A DNA stretch of 64,000 nt from an uncultured Gammaproteobacteria bacterium (GTDB lineage: Bacteria; Patescibacteriota; Microgenomatia; UBA8517). A program made the position numbers and the translations under genes. Positions 11,447 through 20,861 of this stretch are shown one piece after another (position 1 is the first letter of the stretch; each line of letters begins with the position of its first letter). The notes below the pieces were generated by a model that worked only from the letters and a program-made list of their open reading frames with translations, was not told where the DNA came from and ran no database searches. The stretch lies in the NCBI GenBank assembly GCA_964395115.1, contig CAYMZX010000006.1, positions 26,041 through 90,040 on the forward strand, read 5' to 3'.

Positions 11447-12070
11447 ATGCTTAGGATTGAAAAGCTTGTACTTGGACCACTTTATACAAATACCTATATT
11501 GTGTACGAGCAGGAATCGAAAAAAGCTATTATTATTGATCCAGCCGACAGTGGTGAGTTTATCAACAGCCAAATACTTGATAAGCGACTTCAGCCGCTTG
11601 CTATCATCTCTACCCATGGCCATTTTGACCACGTTGGTGCGGTATTGGAGGTAAAACTAGCTTTTAATCTGCCCTTCCTGGCAAATGAGAAGGATAATTT
11701 TCTCATAAGACAGGCCCTGGATTCCAGTTTATTCTTTAGCAAAAATAATATCTTTAAACTACCTCTTCCGGATAAAAACCTGAAAAATAGGGATAGAATC
11801 AGAATTGGGAGCAGTTATCTAGAAGTACTCGAAACTCCAGGCCATACCCCCGGGAGTATCAGTCTCATTTCCCCCAAAATCGCCTTTGTTGGTGACTTGA
11901 TGTTTTCTGGTGGGACTTTTGGACGAGACGATTTTAGCTATTCAGATAAAAAACTGCTTGGACTGTCTGTAAGAAAAATTGAATGTCTTCCTCGGGGAAC
12001 AACTATCTATCCGGGTCACGGGGAAGTATTTAAGTTGCGGAGTAGTTCCAATAAAAATAGGTATTGTTGA
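11447..12070 (+). CDS. MBL-fold metallo-hydrolase (glyoxalase II-like)
   Basis: HGHFDH metal-binding motif and downstream His/Asp ligands. Confidence 0.7.
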   Translation: MLRIEKLVLGPLYTNTYIVYEQESKKAIIIDPADSGEFINSQILDKRLQPLAIISTHGHFDHVGAVLEVKLAFNLPFLANEKDNFLIRQALDSSLFFSKNNIFKLPLPDKNLKNRDRIRIGSSYLEVLETPGHTPGSISLISPKIAFVGDLMFSGGTFGRDDFSYSDKKLLGLSVRKIECLPRGTTIYPGHGEVFKLRSSSNKNRYC

Positions 12071-12099
12071 TTGCTTAAAAAAGGAATAATCTTAAATCA

Positions 12100-12723
12100 A
12101 TGGATAAACTAAAAATAAATGTTTGGAGTTTTCTGCAAAAATCTTTCAGGAAAAGATCAACTAAGATTTCTTTACTAATCCTAGCTTTAGTTGTCGCTTT
12201 TGTTTGGGGGAAATCGCTCCTTTTAGTTGCCTTAGTTAACGGGAAACCTATTACACGTTATCAGGTTATTAGAGAGTTAGAAAAACAAGGAGGAAGTCAA
12301 ATTCTGGACACGATTATCGAGAGAAGTCTTATTTTTCAGCAAGCCCGAAAAGAAGGGGTTGAGATTGAGGAAAAAACAATAAAAGCCCAAATAGAAGAAA
12401 TCGAGAAGACTCTAAGGGCGCAAGATATAACCCTCGAGGATGCTCTTGAGGCTAGAGGCCAGACAAGATCTGATTTGGTTACTCAAATCAGAATTAAAAA
12501 AACGGTTGAAAAATTATTAGCCGACAAAATTAATGTCACCGATGAGGAGGTTTCAAATTATTACAAAGAAAACGACGATTATTTTCAGGGGAAGAAATTT
12601 GATGAAGTAAAGGAGGATATCAGAGCACAGCTTTACCAACAGGAATTGAATGATGAATATCAAAATTGGATGAAAGAATTAAAAGAAAAAGCTAAGATAT
12701 ATTATCTAAAAAAATACATTTGA
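12100..12723 (+). CDS. SurA N-terminal-like chaperone domain protein (no PPIase domain seen)
   Basis: N-terminal TM anchor and a coiled, charged SurA_N-like region. Weak call. Confidence 0.35.
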   Translation: MDKLKINVWSFLQKSFRKRSTKISLLILALVVAFVWGKSLLLVALVNGKPITRYQVIRELEKQGGSQILDTIIERSLIFQQARKEGVEIEEKTIKAQIEEIEKTLRAQDITLEDALEARGQTRSDLVTQIRIKKTVEKLLADKINVTDEEVSNYYKENDDYFQGKKFDEVKEDIRAQLYQQELNDEYQNWMKELKEKAKIYYLKKYI

Positions 12724-12766
12724 AAGACATTTGGAAGGGCGCAATTCTAGATTGGAGGTGAAGTAA

Positions 12767-12997
12767 ATGAACGGGCGATTGCTTTATGGTTCGATATCAA
12801 ACTTTCCTGGCATCCTTTTGTTAATCCTCATCGCCTGGTCGATATTTTGGAAGGGTATTGCTCTTTGGAGATCGGCAAGGAATAGTCAAACCTATTGGTA
12901 TATTGTCATGCTATTATTAAGTACCGGTGGTTTATTAGAAATTATTTACCTGGCTTTTTTCCAAAAAAAGAAAGTGGGGAATAAAAACCGGTCTTAA
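12767..12997 (+). CDS. Small two-TM membrane protein (DUF5652-like, common in CPR)
   Basis: Two hydrophobic helices with a WKGIALWRSARNSQ motif between them. Confidence 0.4.
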   Translation: MNGRLLYGSISNFPGILLLILIAWSIFWKGIALWRSARNSQTYWYIVMLLLSTGGLLEIIYLAFFQKKKVGNKNRS

Positions 12998-13035
12998 AAC
13001 TTCAGGAATAAGTTGATTGAGTATATAATTATTTT

Positions 13036-13533
13036 ATGCTGATTCTTGGAATCGACCCCGGAACGGCCACCACCGGGTTTGGATTAATAGAATTTTCTCA
13101 AAAATCATTAGCCGTCGTTGATTTCGGCCTCATCGAAACTGATAAAAATGGCGAACCGGGTCAAAGACTAGAAAGTATCTACCGAGAAGTCACTAATCTT
13201 TTAGAAAAGTTTTCCCCGGATATTATGGCAGTGGAAAGGTTATTTTTCGCAAACAACGCAAAAACGGCCATGAGCGTGGGGCAAGCGCAAGGAGTAATGA
13301 TATTTGCTGCCGCCCGGTGTAAAATTGATGTTGTAGAGTACGCCCCCGGTACGATTAAAAAAATAATTGCCGGGGATGGACGGGCCGACAAGAAAATGAT
13401 CCAAAAAGCACTTAGGCAGATTCTAGGTCCGAGAATAAAAAGTAAAAAGAAGGCGAAAACACACTTTGATAATGCTGCCGACGCCTTGGCGGTTGCCTTG
13501 TGTCACGCGATCAAAGTAAAAGGAGGTGAATAA
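13036..13533 (+). CDS. ruvC: Holliday junction resolvase RuvC
   Basis: ILGIDPGTATTGFGLIE N-terminus (catalytic Asp) and RNase H-like fold length. Confidence 0.85.
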   Translation: MLILGIDPGTATTGFGLIEFSQKSLAVVDFGLIETDKNGEPGQRLESIYREVTNLLEKFSPDIMAVERLFFANNAKTAMSVGQAQGVMIFAAARCKIDVVEYAPGTIKKIIAGDGRADKKMIQKALRQILGPRIKSKKKAKTHFDNAADALAVALCHAIKVKGGE

Positions 13534-13807
13534 AATGGCTGATGTGAATAATAAAGTTTCGCTGAAAATTGGAAAGGTGACCCATTATTATGACAAGATT
13601 GGTGTTGCCGTGGTTGAATTGGACGGAGACTTAAGTCTGGGAGACAGAATCAAATTTACCCGTGGTGGGGAAGATATTTTTGAAGAAACTGTGGAATCGA
13701 TGCAAGTTGAGCATAAACAAATACAGTCTGCCAAGAAAGGGGATGTAATCGGACTGAAGGTGAACCAGGAAGTCAAAGAGGGTGCGGAAGTATACAAAAT
13801 CTCCTAA
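13526..13807 (+). CDS. Hypothetical small protein, possibly a beta-barrel
   Basis: Only an ORF with good coding periodicity. No recognisable motif. Confidence 0.3.
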   Translation: MNKMADVNNKVSLKIGKVTHYYDKIGVAVVELDGDLSLGDRIKFTRGGEDIFEETVESMQVEHKQIQSAKKGDVIGLKVNQEVKEGAEVYKIS

Positions 13808-14195
13808 AAAAGTGGCGATTGAGTGGATCAAAGCAGCCGACATCAAAAAGCGGTTGAATCAATTAATTGACAGGTTAGAACTTAAATGGGTTCAAAAAGG
13901 GAGAATATTTTGTTACCGAAGCTACCGATCAAGTAGCCGGGCCTACGCGAGGATTTGGGGATTCTCCAGACTTTGGCAAATGGCGCTAAACGAAAAACCG
14001 GCCTATATAATTGAAGTTTTGGCTGAAAAGTTTGATGGCCTTTCTGATTTTGAAAAAGATAAGGTCTTACTCCATGAATTGTCTCATATTCCCAAAAATT
14101 TCTCGGGAAGTCTAGTGCCGCATTTCAAGAGAGGGAAGCGTTCTTTTGACAAGAGGACTAAAATTCTCATTGAAAAGTATTCTAAAGAACGATGA
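13782..14195 (+). CDS. Putative HExxH metallopeptidase-like protein
   Basis: HELSH motif in a ~130-aa basic protein. The start codon is uncertain. Confidence 0.4.
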   Translation: MRKYTKSPKKVAIEWIKAADIKKRLNQLIDRLELKWVQKGRIFCYRSYRSSSRAYARIWGFSRLWQMALNEKPAYIIEVLAEKFDGLSDFEKDKVLLHELSHIPKNFSGSLVPHFKRGKRSFDKRTKILIEKYSKER

Positions 14196-14863
14196 ATGTC
14201 ATTGTTATCCACGGAGATTTTGTTAGCCAATCAACTAAACGGTTATTAAAGTTTATAGAGCTAGGAAAAAAACAAAACCGGGAAATCATCAGAATTGAGG
14301 GAGGCACGTCATTCTCAGAAAACCTTTTAAAAGAAGGCCTATTCCAAAAAGAGCGCCTTGTTGTATTAGAAAAACCCATGCAGCTTCGTAAATCTGATTT
14401 TGACTGGTTGAACAAAAACCATACAAAAATTTACGGCTCGCTAATAATTTATTATCCTGGGAAACTTCCGAAAGAGTTTATAACACGTCTACCTCGACAA
14501 AAGAAAATAGAAGAATTTAAATTGCCCGCAAGTGTTTTTAACTTTCTAGACTCTCTATACCCGGGAAATGCACGCCAGTCATTAAAAATTTTACATAACC
14601 TTTTATCGTCCGAGTCGATAGAATTTATCATGGCTTTGACGGCTCGTCACCTGAGAGATTTGTATCTAGCCAAAATCTCACCATCCAGGCTCCAATATGA
14701 ATCGTGGAGAATCAGTAAATTGAAAAAACAAGCCTCTTTTTTCAGTGAGCAGTTAATAAAAAAAATAATAAAAGAGCTGTCAGAAATTGATGCCGAGGCA
14801 AAGAGATCAGATGTGAATATTGCTGACAGCCTTGACCTATTAATTACCACCCAGCTAGAATAA
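14192..14863 (+). CDS. holA: DNA polymerase III delta subunit (short form)
   Basis: ARQSLKILHNLL...ALTARHLRDL region typical of HolA domain III. Confidence 0.6.
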   Translation: MNVIVIHGDFVSQSTKRLLKFIELGKKQNREIIRIEGGTSFSENLLKEGLFQKERLVVLEKPMQLRKSDFDWLNKNHTKIYGSLIIYYPGKLPKEFITRLPRQKKIEEFKLPASVFNFLDSLYPGNARQSLKILHNLLSSESIEFIMALTARHLRDLYLAKISPSRLQYESWRISKLKKQASFFSEQLIKKIIKELSEIDAEAKRSDVNIADSLDLLITTQLE

Positions 14864-14867
14864 ACTA

Positions 14868-16223
14868 ATGAAGATTGACCCAACAATTTTTAAGGCGTAC
14901 GACATCCGTGGAATTTACCCGAAGAACATTAATGAAGAAATTGCCTATAAAATTGCCCAAGGATATGCAAACTACTGCCGTCCAAAAGGAAAAGTGCTTG
15001 TCGGTAGAGATGTGCGAATCCATTCGCAAAAGCTTCAAGAAGCGGTTATAAATGGCCTTTCTGACGCGGGGGTAAATGTCTGTGACGTTGGGCTTATAAC
15101 CACCGATATGTATTATTTTGGTGTTGGTTTTTACAATTTTTCTGGTGGTATCCAAGTAACCGCTTCGCACAATCCTCCCGAATGGAATGGTTTTAAAATG
15201 GTAAGAGAAAACGTTGCCCCCATTACTCAAGAAACTGGCATTAATCAGATTAAAAGATTCGTCGAAACAAATAAAAAAATTAGGCGGAAAATGGGGCAGG
15301 TCGAAAAAAAAGACCTAACCGATGATTATCTCCTTTATGTGTTGAAATGGCTAGAAGGAGTTAAAATATCTCCCCTAAAAGTTGTAATCAATCCTAATTT
15401 TGGGTATGCCGGGATAATATTTGAAAAACTTGTACATAAGGGAAAACTTCCTATCGAACTTATTAAATTAAATTGCGAACCCGACGGAACCTTTCCTAAA
15501 GGCCGCCCCGACCCTTTTGTACCGGAAAACAGACCTGAATTTGTTCAATTGGTAAAAAAATCCAATTCGGATCTAGGGATTGCTTGGGATGCCGATGCCG
15601 ATAGGGTATTTTTTTGTACAGAGGGGGGTGTTTTTGTAGAGCCTTACTATATAAATACCCTTTTTATTAAAATAATGTTGAAAAAATATCCGAAGCAAAA
15701 AATTATTTATGATCCTCGTTATACATGGGCGCTGCGTGATTCAATTTTAGAAAATGGAGGAATACCAGTTGTCTGTCGGGTAGGGCATTCGTTCATAAAA
15801 GAAAAAATGAGGTCGGAAAATGCCGTTTTTGCCGGGGAATCGAGCGGTCACACATATTATCGGGATTTTTGGTACGCAGATTCAGGTATGATTCCCGTAA
15901 TGCAAATTTTGAGGATACTAAGTTTAACGAAAAAAAAACTTTCTGATTTAATTTTTCCGATAATGAAAAAATATCATATTTCAGGGGAAATAAATAGCGA
16001 GGTAAGAGACAAGGAAAAGGTGATCAAAAATCTATCAGAACTGTATACCGATGGGAAGCAAGATCAATTAGACGGATTAACGGTTGAGTATGAAAATTTC
16101 AGATTTAACGTGAGACCGTCGAATACGGAGCCCCTTCTAAGATTAAATATCGAGGGAAAATCTAAAGAAATAGTTAATCGCAAGAAGGAAGAGATTTTAT
16201 CTGTCATTAGGAACTTCTCATAA
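14868..16223 (+). CDS. Phosphomannomutase/phosphoglucomutase
   Basis: TASHNP phosphoserine motif plus Mg-binding and sugar-binding loops. Confidence 0.85.
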   Translation: MKIDPTIFKAYDIRGIYPKNINEEIAYKIAQGYANYCRPKGKVLVGRDVRIHSQKLQEAVINGLSDAGVNVCDVGLITTDMYYFGVGFYNFSGGIQVTASHNPPEWNGFKMVRENVAPITQETGINQIKRFVETNKKIRRKMGQVEKKDLTDDYLLYVLKWLEGVKISPLKVVINPNFGYAGIIFEKLVHKGKLPIELIKLNCEPDGTFPKGRPDPFVPENRPEFVQLVKKSNSDLGIAWDADADRVFFCTEGGVFVEPYYINTLFIKIMLKKYPKQKIIYDPRYTWALRDSILENGGIPVVCRVGHSFIKEKMRSENAVFAGESSGHTYYRDFWYADSGMIPVMQILRILSLTKKKLSDLIFPIMKKYHISGEINSEVRDKEKVIKNLSELYTDGKQDQLDGLTVEYENFRFNVRPSNTEPLLRLNIEGKSKEIVNRKKEEILSVIRNFS

Positions 16224-17297
16224 ATGTTCAACCTCGATTCATTTGAAGAAATTAAAAAATTAGACACTTTAGACATTTTACAGTCAATAAAATTCCTACC
16301 TAAGCAGATAGCCCAGGCCTGGTACGAGGTACAAAATAATGAAGTTCCCAAAAAATGCTATTTAGCAAAAAACGTTGTCATTTCCGGAATGGGTGGCTCC
16401 GCCCTCGGCGGCAGGGTGGCCGACTCTCTGCTGATTGATCGTTTCCGAACACCAATCGAAATTGTCACAGATTACCAACTGCCGAATTATGTTAACGAAA
16501 ATACACTGGTTATAGTATCTTCATATTCAGGAAATACTGCCGAGACAATATCATCGGCTAAGGAGGCGTTAAACCGAGGGGCAGTTATATATTGTATAGC
16601 TACTGGCGGTGAGTTGGGAGAATTGATGAGGAAAAATAATTTGCCTGGTTATTTGTTTAATCCAAAAGAAAATCCATCGAACCAGCCACGAGCAGGTTTA
16701 GGCTACTCGATTGCCTCGATACTTGCTGTTTTGGCAAAGTGCAAGTTCATAAATATCTTAGATTCAGAAGTAGAAGAAGCAATTAAAACCTCGGAAGAGT
16801 TTATTAGGGATTTTGATGTTGATGTCAGAGAAGATAATAATTTGGCGAAAAAGATTGCCAGAAAATTAAAAGGGAAAATACCAAATATCGTATCTAGCCA
16901 GCACTTGATTGGTATTTGTCACGCTTTTAAGAATCTGCTAAACGAGAACGCAAAAACCTTTGCTTACTTATTCGATCTTCCAGAACTTAACCACCACTTG
17001 ATGGAGGGTTTGAGAAATCCGGCGGTTGTAAGGCCATTTCTCCATTTTTTGTTTATTTATTCGGAACTCTATTCAAAGGAGGTAGCTCGGCGATATCCAA
17101 TTACCTATGAAGTTATTACCCAAAACGATGTTTCCTACGATATATACAAACCCAGAAGTCAGAAGAAACTAGATCAAATTTTTGAAATTTTGATTTTAGG
17201 ATTCTTTGTAAGTTTTTACTTGGCGATGCTAAATGACTGTGATCCGGGGAAAATACCCTGGGTGAACTATTTTAAGAAAAGACTTTCCAAAATCTAG
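16224..17297 (+). CDS. Bifunctional phosphoglucose/phosphomannose isomerase (SIS, archaeal type)
   Basis: Tandem SIS domains with GMGGSALGG. Confidence 0.7.
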   Translation: MFNLDSFEEIKKLDTLDILQSIKFLPKQIAQAWYEVQNNEVPKKCYLAKNVVISGMGGSALGGRVADSLLIDRFRTPIEIVTDYQLPNYVNENTLVIVSSYSGNTAETISSAKEALNRGAVIYCIATGGELGELMRKNNLPGYLFNPKENPSNQPRAGLGYSIASILAVLAKCKFINILDSEVEEAIKTSEEFIRDFDVDVREDNNLAKKIARKLKGKIPNIVSSQHLIGICHAFKNLLNENAKTFAYLFDLPELNHHLMEGLRNPAVVRPFLHFLFIYSELYSKEVARRYPITYEVITQNDVSYDIYKPRSQKKLDQIFEILILGFFVSFYLAMLNDCDPGKIPWVNYFKKRLSKI

Positions 17298-17326
17298 ACA
17301 ATAACCTACAATAAAATAATAAATCA

Positions 17327-19591
17327 ATGTCTGCCCATAAATTCGTAGTCTTTTTTAAGGATATTGACAAAGATGATATTTCCTCGGTTGGTGGCAAGGG
17401 TGCAAATCTCGGAGAAATGTACAGGATGGGTTTTCCCGTTCCCAATGGATTTGCGGTCACCGTAGAAGCTTACGATTTCTTTCTTGCTGAAAATCAGTTC
17501 AAAAAAATAATAGCCGATATTCTCAAAGCGACCAACATCCACAACCCAGACGAGCTTTTATTGGTTTCCCGAAAAATACAAAAATTAATTTCCAACGGAA
17601 AAATTCCTACGGAGGTTGCACAAGAAGTTATAAAAGCTTACAAAAAATTATCGAAATTTTTAAAATTGGCCAGAGTCGCTGCGAGGTCGTCAGCGACGGC
17701 CGAAGATCTCCCGACAGCTTCTTTTGCCGGCCAACAGGCATCCTTTCTAAATATTAAAGGAGAAGCAAATCTTTTAAATTCAGTCAGAAATTGTTGGGCA
17801 TCTCTCTTTACTCCAAGAGCTATTTTTTACCGTGAAGAAAATAAAATACCTCACGATAAGGTCAAAATATCCGTAATTGTTCAAAAAATGGTTCAATCTG
17901 ATGTCTCCGGCGTTGCCTTTAGCATTGATCCAGTAAGCAATGAAAAAGATAAAATTGTCATCGAGGCGGTTTGGGGGTTAGGAGAAATGATTGTACAGGG
18001 TACCGTGATTCCAGACCGATATGTTGTCCAAAAAGAAACATATAACATTCTCTCGAGAGAAATATCAGAGCAGACAATACAATTAAAAATGACCGGTGAT
18101 ACCACCCGGCAAGTGACTGTTCCAATGAAAAGTCGGCAAAAACAAAAATTAGAAGATGACGAGATTATTTACTTGGCTAAGATTGCAGATAGATTGCAAA
18201 AACACTATTACTTCCCTCAAGATTTAGAGTGGGCGAAAGAGGGACCAAAAATTTTTGTTGTCCAAACCAGACCGGTAACCACATTTAAAAAAGTAGAACG
18301 AAAGGAAGGAGAGGGGCAGGAGCTAGCGGTGGCCCAGGCCCCTATTTTAGAAGGGACGCCGGCCTCCCCCGGCTTCGCTACCGGACCAGTTAAGGTCCTA
18401 AAAAGTGCTAAGGAAATTTCCAAGATAAGAAAAGGCGATATCCTTGTGGCTCCAATGACTTCTCCGGATTTTGTTCCGGCAATGAAAAAGGCGCTGGCAA
18501 TAGTTACAGACGAAGGCGGGGCTACTTCTCATGCAGCAATTGTTTCGAGAGAATTAGGAATTCCCTGCGTGGTCGGGACCAAAATCGCCACAAAGACCTT
18601 GATTGAAGGAATGCATGTTAGCGTAGATGGTAGCGAAGGACAAATATTTCTGGCAACAGAAATTATCGAGCGAAAATCTGAAACTAGTATCGAAGATGTT
18701 GAAATCAAAATAAAAACTGCTACGAAGGTATATGTCAACTTAGGAGAACCGCAAAGGGCGAAAGAGATCGCGGGCATGAATGTCGATGGTGTCGGACTTC
18801 TTAGAGCCGAATTTATGATTGCAAATATCGGTTTGCATCCTAAGGAGGCAATTAAAACTAAAAAACAGAATCATTTTATAAACAAGCTGGCGGATGATAT
18901 AACAACTTTTTGTAAAGCCTTTAAACCACGGCCGGTTATTTATCGCGCTACCGACTTTAAAACCAACGAGTATCGTCAGTTGATTGGGGGCAAATATTGG
19001 GAACCACAAGAGCCTAATCCGATGCTAGGATTTAGAGGAGCCTATCGGTATATCACTAATCCGGAGGTTTTTACTTTAGAATTGAAAGCGATTAAACAGG
19101 TGAGAGAGAAGTACAAGAATCTTTGGCTTATGATTCCGTTCGTCCGGTCGCCATCCGAATTGACAAAAGTAAGGCGCCTTGTTGCGGCTGAGGGCCTTTT
19201 TGAGGAAACCACGTTTAAATTCTGGATGATGGTAGAACTTCCGGTCAACGTAATTCTTATTGAAGATTTTATCAAGGTCGGTATCGATGGGGTATCAATA
19301 GGTTCCAACGATTTGACAATGTTGATTGAAGGAACCGACCGTGATAATGTCGAAGTCTCTCAAGCGTATGATGAACGTTCACCGGCAGTCAAATGGGCGA
19401 TTAGAAAAGTAATAAAAGCATGCAGTAAATATGGAATTTCCTCCTCAATTTGCGGCCAGGCTCCATCAACTTACGAGGATCTCGTTAACTATTTAGTAAG
19501 ATTGGGAATAACAAGCATCTCTGTAAATCCCGATGCCATTAACAGGGTAAGAAATGTTATATTAGAAGCAGAGAAGAAATTAGCCTTATGA
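17327..19591 (+). CDS. ppsA: Phosphoenolpyruvate synthase / PEP-utilising enzyme
   Basis: ATP-grasp N-terminus, phospho-His domain GGATSHAAIVSRELGIPCVVG, and a C-terminal PEP-utilising TIM barrel. Confidence 0.8.
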   Translation: MSAHKFVVFFKDIDKDDISSVGGKGANLGEMYRMGFPVPNGFAVTVEAYDFFLAENQFKKIIADILKATNIHNPDELLLVSRKIQKLISNGKIPTEVAQEVIKAYKKLSKFLKLARVAARSSATAEDLPTASFAGQQASFLNIKGEANLLNSVRNCWASLFTPRAIFYREENKIPHDKVKISVIVQKMVQSDVSGVAFSIDPVSNEKDKIVIEAVWGLGEMIVQGTVIPDRYVVQKETYNILSREISEQTIQLKMTGDTTRQVTVPMKSRQKQKLEDDEIIYLAKIADRLQKHYYFPQDLEWAKEGPKIFVVQTRPVTTFKKVERKEGEGQELAVAQAPILEGTPASPGFATGPVKVLKSAKEISKIRKGDILVAPMTSPDFVPAMKKALAIVTDEGGATSHAAIVSRELGIPCVVGTKIATKTLIEGMHVSVDGSEGQIFLATEIIERKSETSIEDVEIKIKTATKVYVNLGEPQRAKEIAGMNVDGVGLLRAEFMIANIGLHPKEAIKTKKQNHFINKLADDITTFCKAFKPRPVIYRATDFKTNEYRQLIGGKYWEPQEPNPMLGFRGAYRYITNPEVFTLELKAIKQVREKYKNLWLMIPFVRSPSELTKVRRLVAAEGLFEETTFKFWMMVELPVNVILIEDFIKVGIDGVSIGSNDLTMLIEGTDRDNVEVSQAYDERSPAVKWAIRKVIKACSKYGISSSICGQAPSTYEDLVNYLVRLGITSISVNPDAINRVRNVILEAEKKLAL

Positions 19592-20859
19592 GTAAAATTA
19601 GTCGGATCGGAGCCAGGGAAATTCTTGATTCGAGGGGAATTCCAACCGTTGAGGCTTGGTGTGTCTTGGACAGCGGTCACGTAACTATCGCTTCATGTCC
19701 AGCGGGTATTTCCACCGGCACTCATGAGGCATTGGAAATAAGGGATAAAGATAACCCGAGATACTTGGGAAAAGGAGTTTTGAAGGCGGTTACCAATGTA
19801 AACACGATTTTTGGCCCAGCAATTATAGGGATGGATCCGATCGACCAATTCAGTATCGACGAAAAGCTCAAAGAAATAGACGGTACTGAAAATAAATCAA
19901 AATACGGTGCTAACGCTATACTGGCCGTTTCGATTGCAGTTTGCAAGGCCGGTGCAATCGCACAAAGTCAAAGCCAGTATTTTTGGATAAATTTCCTATG
20001 TCAAAGAGCCGGATTAAAAATACCACTGCGAATGCCGATACCTCTTTTTAATATGATAAATGGTGGTCTTCACGGGGCGGGAAACTTGGATTTTCAAGAA
20101 TTCCATGTTATACCAGCGTCGAGCAAAACGTGGTCGCAATCGATTCAAATGGGGGTCGAAATTTATTTGACAATCGGCGATTCGTTATCTCGACGAGGAG
20201 CTATTCATTCAGTCGGAAATGAGGGCGGCTATGCTCCTAACTTATTTACCAACGCCGATGCCTTAGAGGTAATTGTGGAATCGATAAAACAAACGCCGTA
20301 TTCGATGGGAAGAGATGTTTTTTTAGGTTTGGATGTAGCCGCCAATTCGTTTTCCAAAGACGGCCAGTACGTGATCAGAGATAAATCTTCACCTCTAGAT
20401 GGAAACCAGATGCTTGAATATTACAAATCCTTGAACGAACAGTATAACCTGGCGATATTAGAAGATCCTTTTTCGGAAGATGCGTGGGAAGACTGGAAGA
20501 AACTTACCGCCGCTTTTGGACACGAAGTCACAGTGGTTGGCGACGATCTACTAGCCACAAATCCCAGGAGGGTAGAAAGGGCCATTTCGGAAAAGGCGTG
20601 TAATTCGATTTTGGTTAAACCAAACCAAATAGGAACAGTTACGGAAACTATTCAAGTTATAAAAATGGCGAGAGAAGCAGGATGGAAAATAGTGGTTTCT
20701 CACCGTTCCGGAGAAACAAACGATACCTTCATTGCCGACTTTGCGGTAGGTACAGGGGCTGAATATTGCAAATTTGGGGCACCGTCAAGGGGCGAACGGG
20801 TAGCAAAATACAACCGCTTATCCGCTATCGAAAACGAACTCCTGCAATATCGAAAATAA
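19588..20859 (+). CDS. eno: Enolase
   Basis: SRGIPTVE N-terminus and the enolase C-terminal barrel. Confidence 0.9.
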   Translation: MSKISRIGAREILDSRGIPTVEAWCVLDSGHVTIASCPAGISTGTHEALEIRDKDNPRYLGKGVLKAVTNVNTIFGPAIIGMDPIDQFSIDEKLKEIDGTENKSKYGANAILAVSIAVCKAGAIAQSQSQYFWINFLCQRAGLKIPLRMPIPLFNMINGGLHGAGNLDFQEFHVIPASSKTWSQSIQMGVEIYLTIGDSLSRRGAIHSVGNEGGYAPNLFTNADALEVIVESIKQTPYSMGRDVFLGLDVAANSFSKDGQYVIRDKSSPLDGNQMLEYYKSLNEQYNLAILEDPFSEDAWEDWKKLTAAFGHEVTVVGDDLLATNPRRVERAISEKACNSILVKPNQIGTVTETIQVIKMAREAGWKIVVSHRSGETNDTFIADFAVGTGAEYCKFGAPSRGERVAKYNRLSAIENELLQYRK

Positions 20860-20861
20860 CG

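Noticed and set aside
11307-11654. ORFs 11307-11654(+) and 11378-11632(-) overlapping the rplS end and the MBL hydrolase start
   Set aside because: They overlap better-supported genes, and no motifs are present.
20766-20861. Longer gpmI ORF starting at 20766 and overlapping eno by ~90 nt
   Set aside because: The internal ATG at 20862 is placed immediately after the eno stop and matches the conserved iPGM N-terminus.
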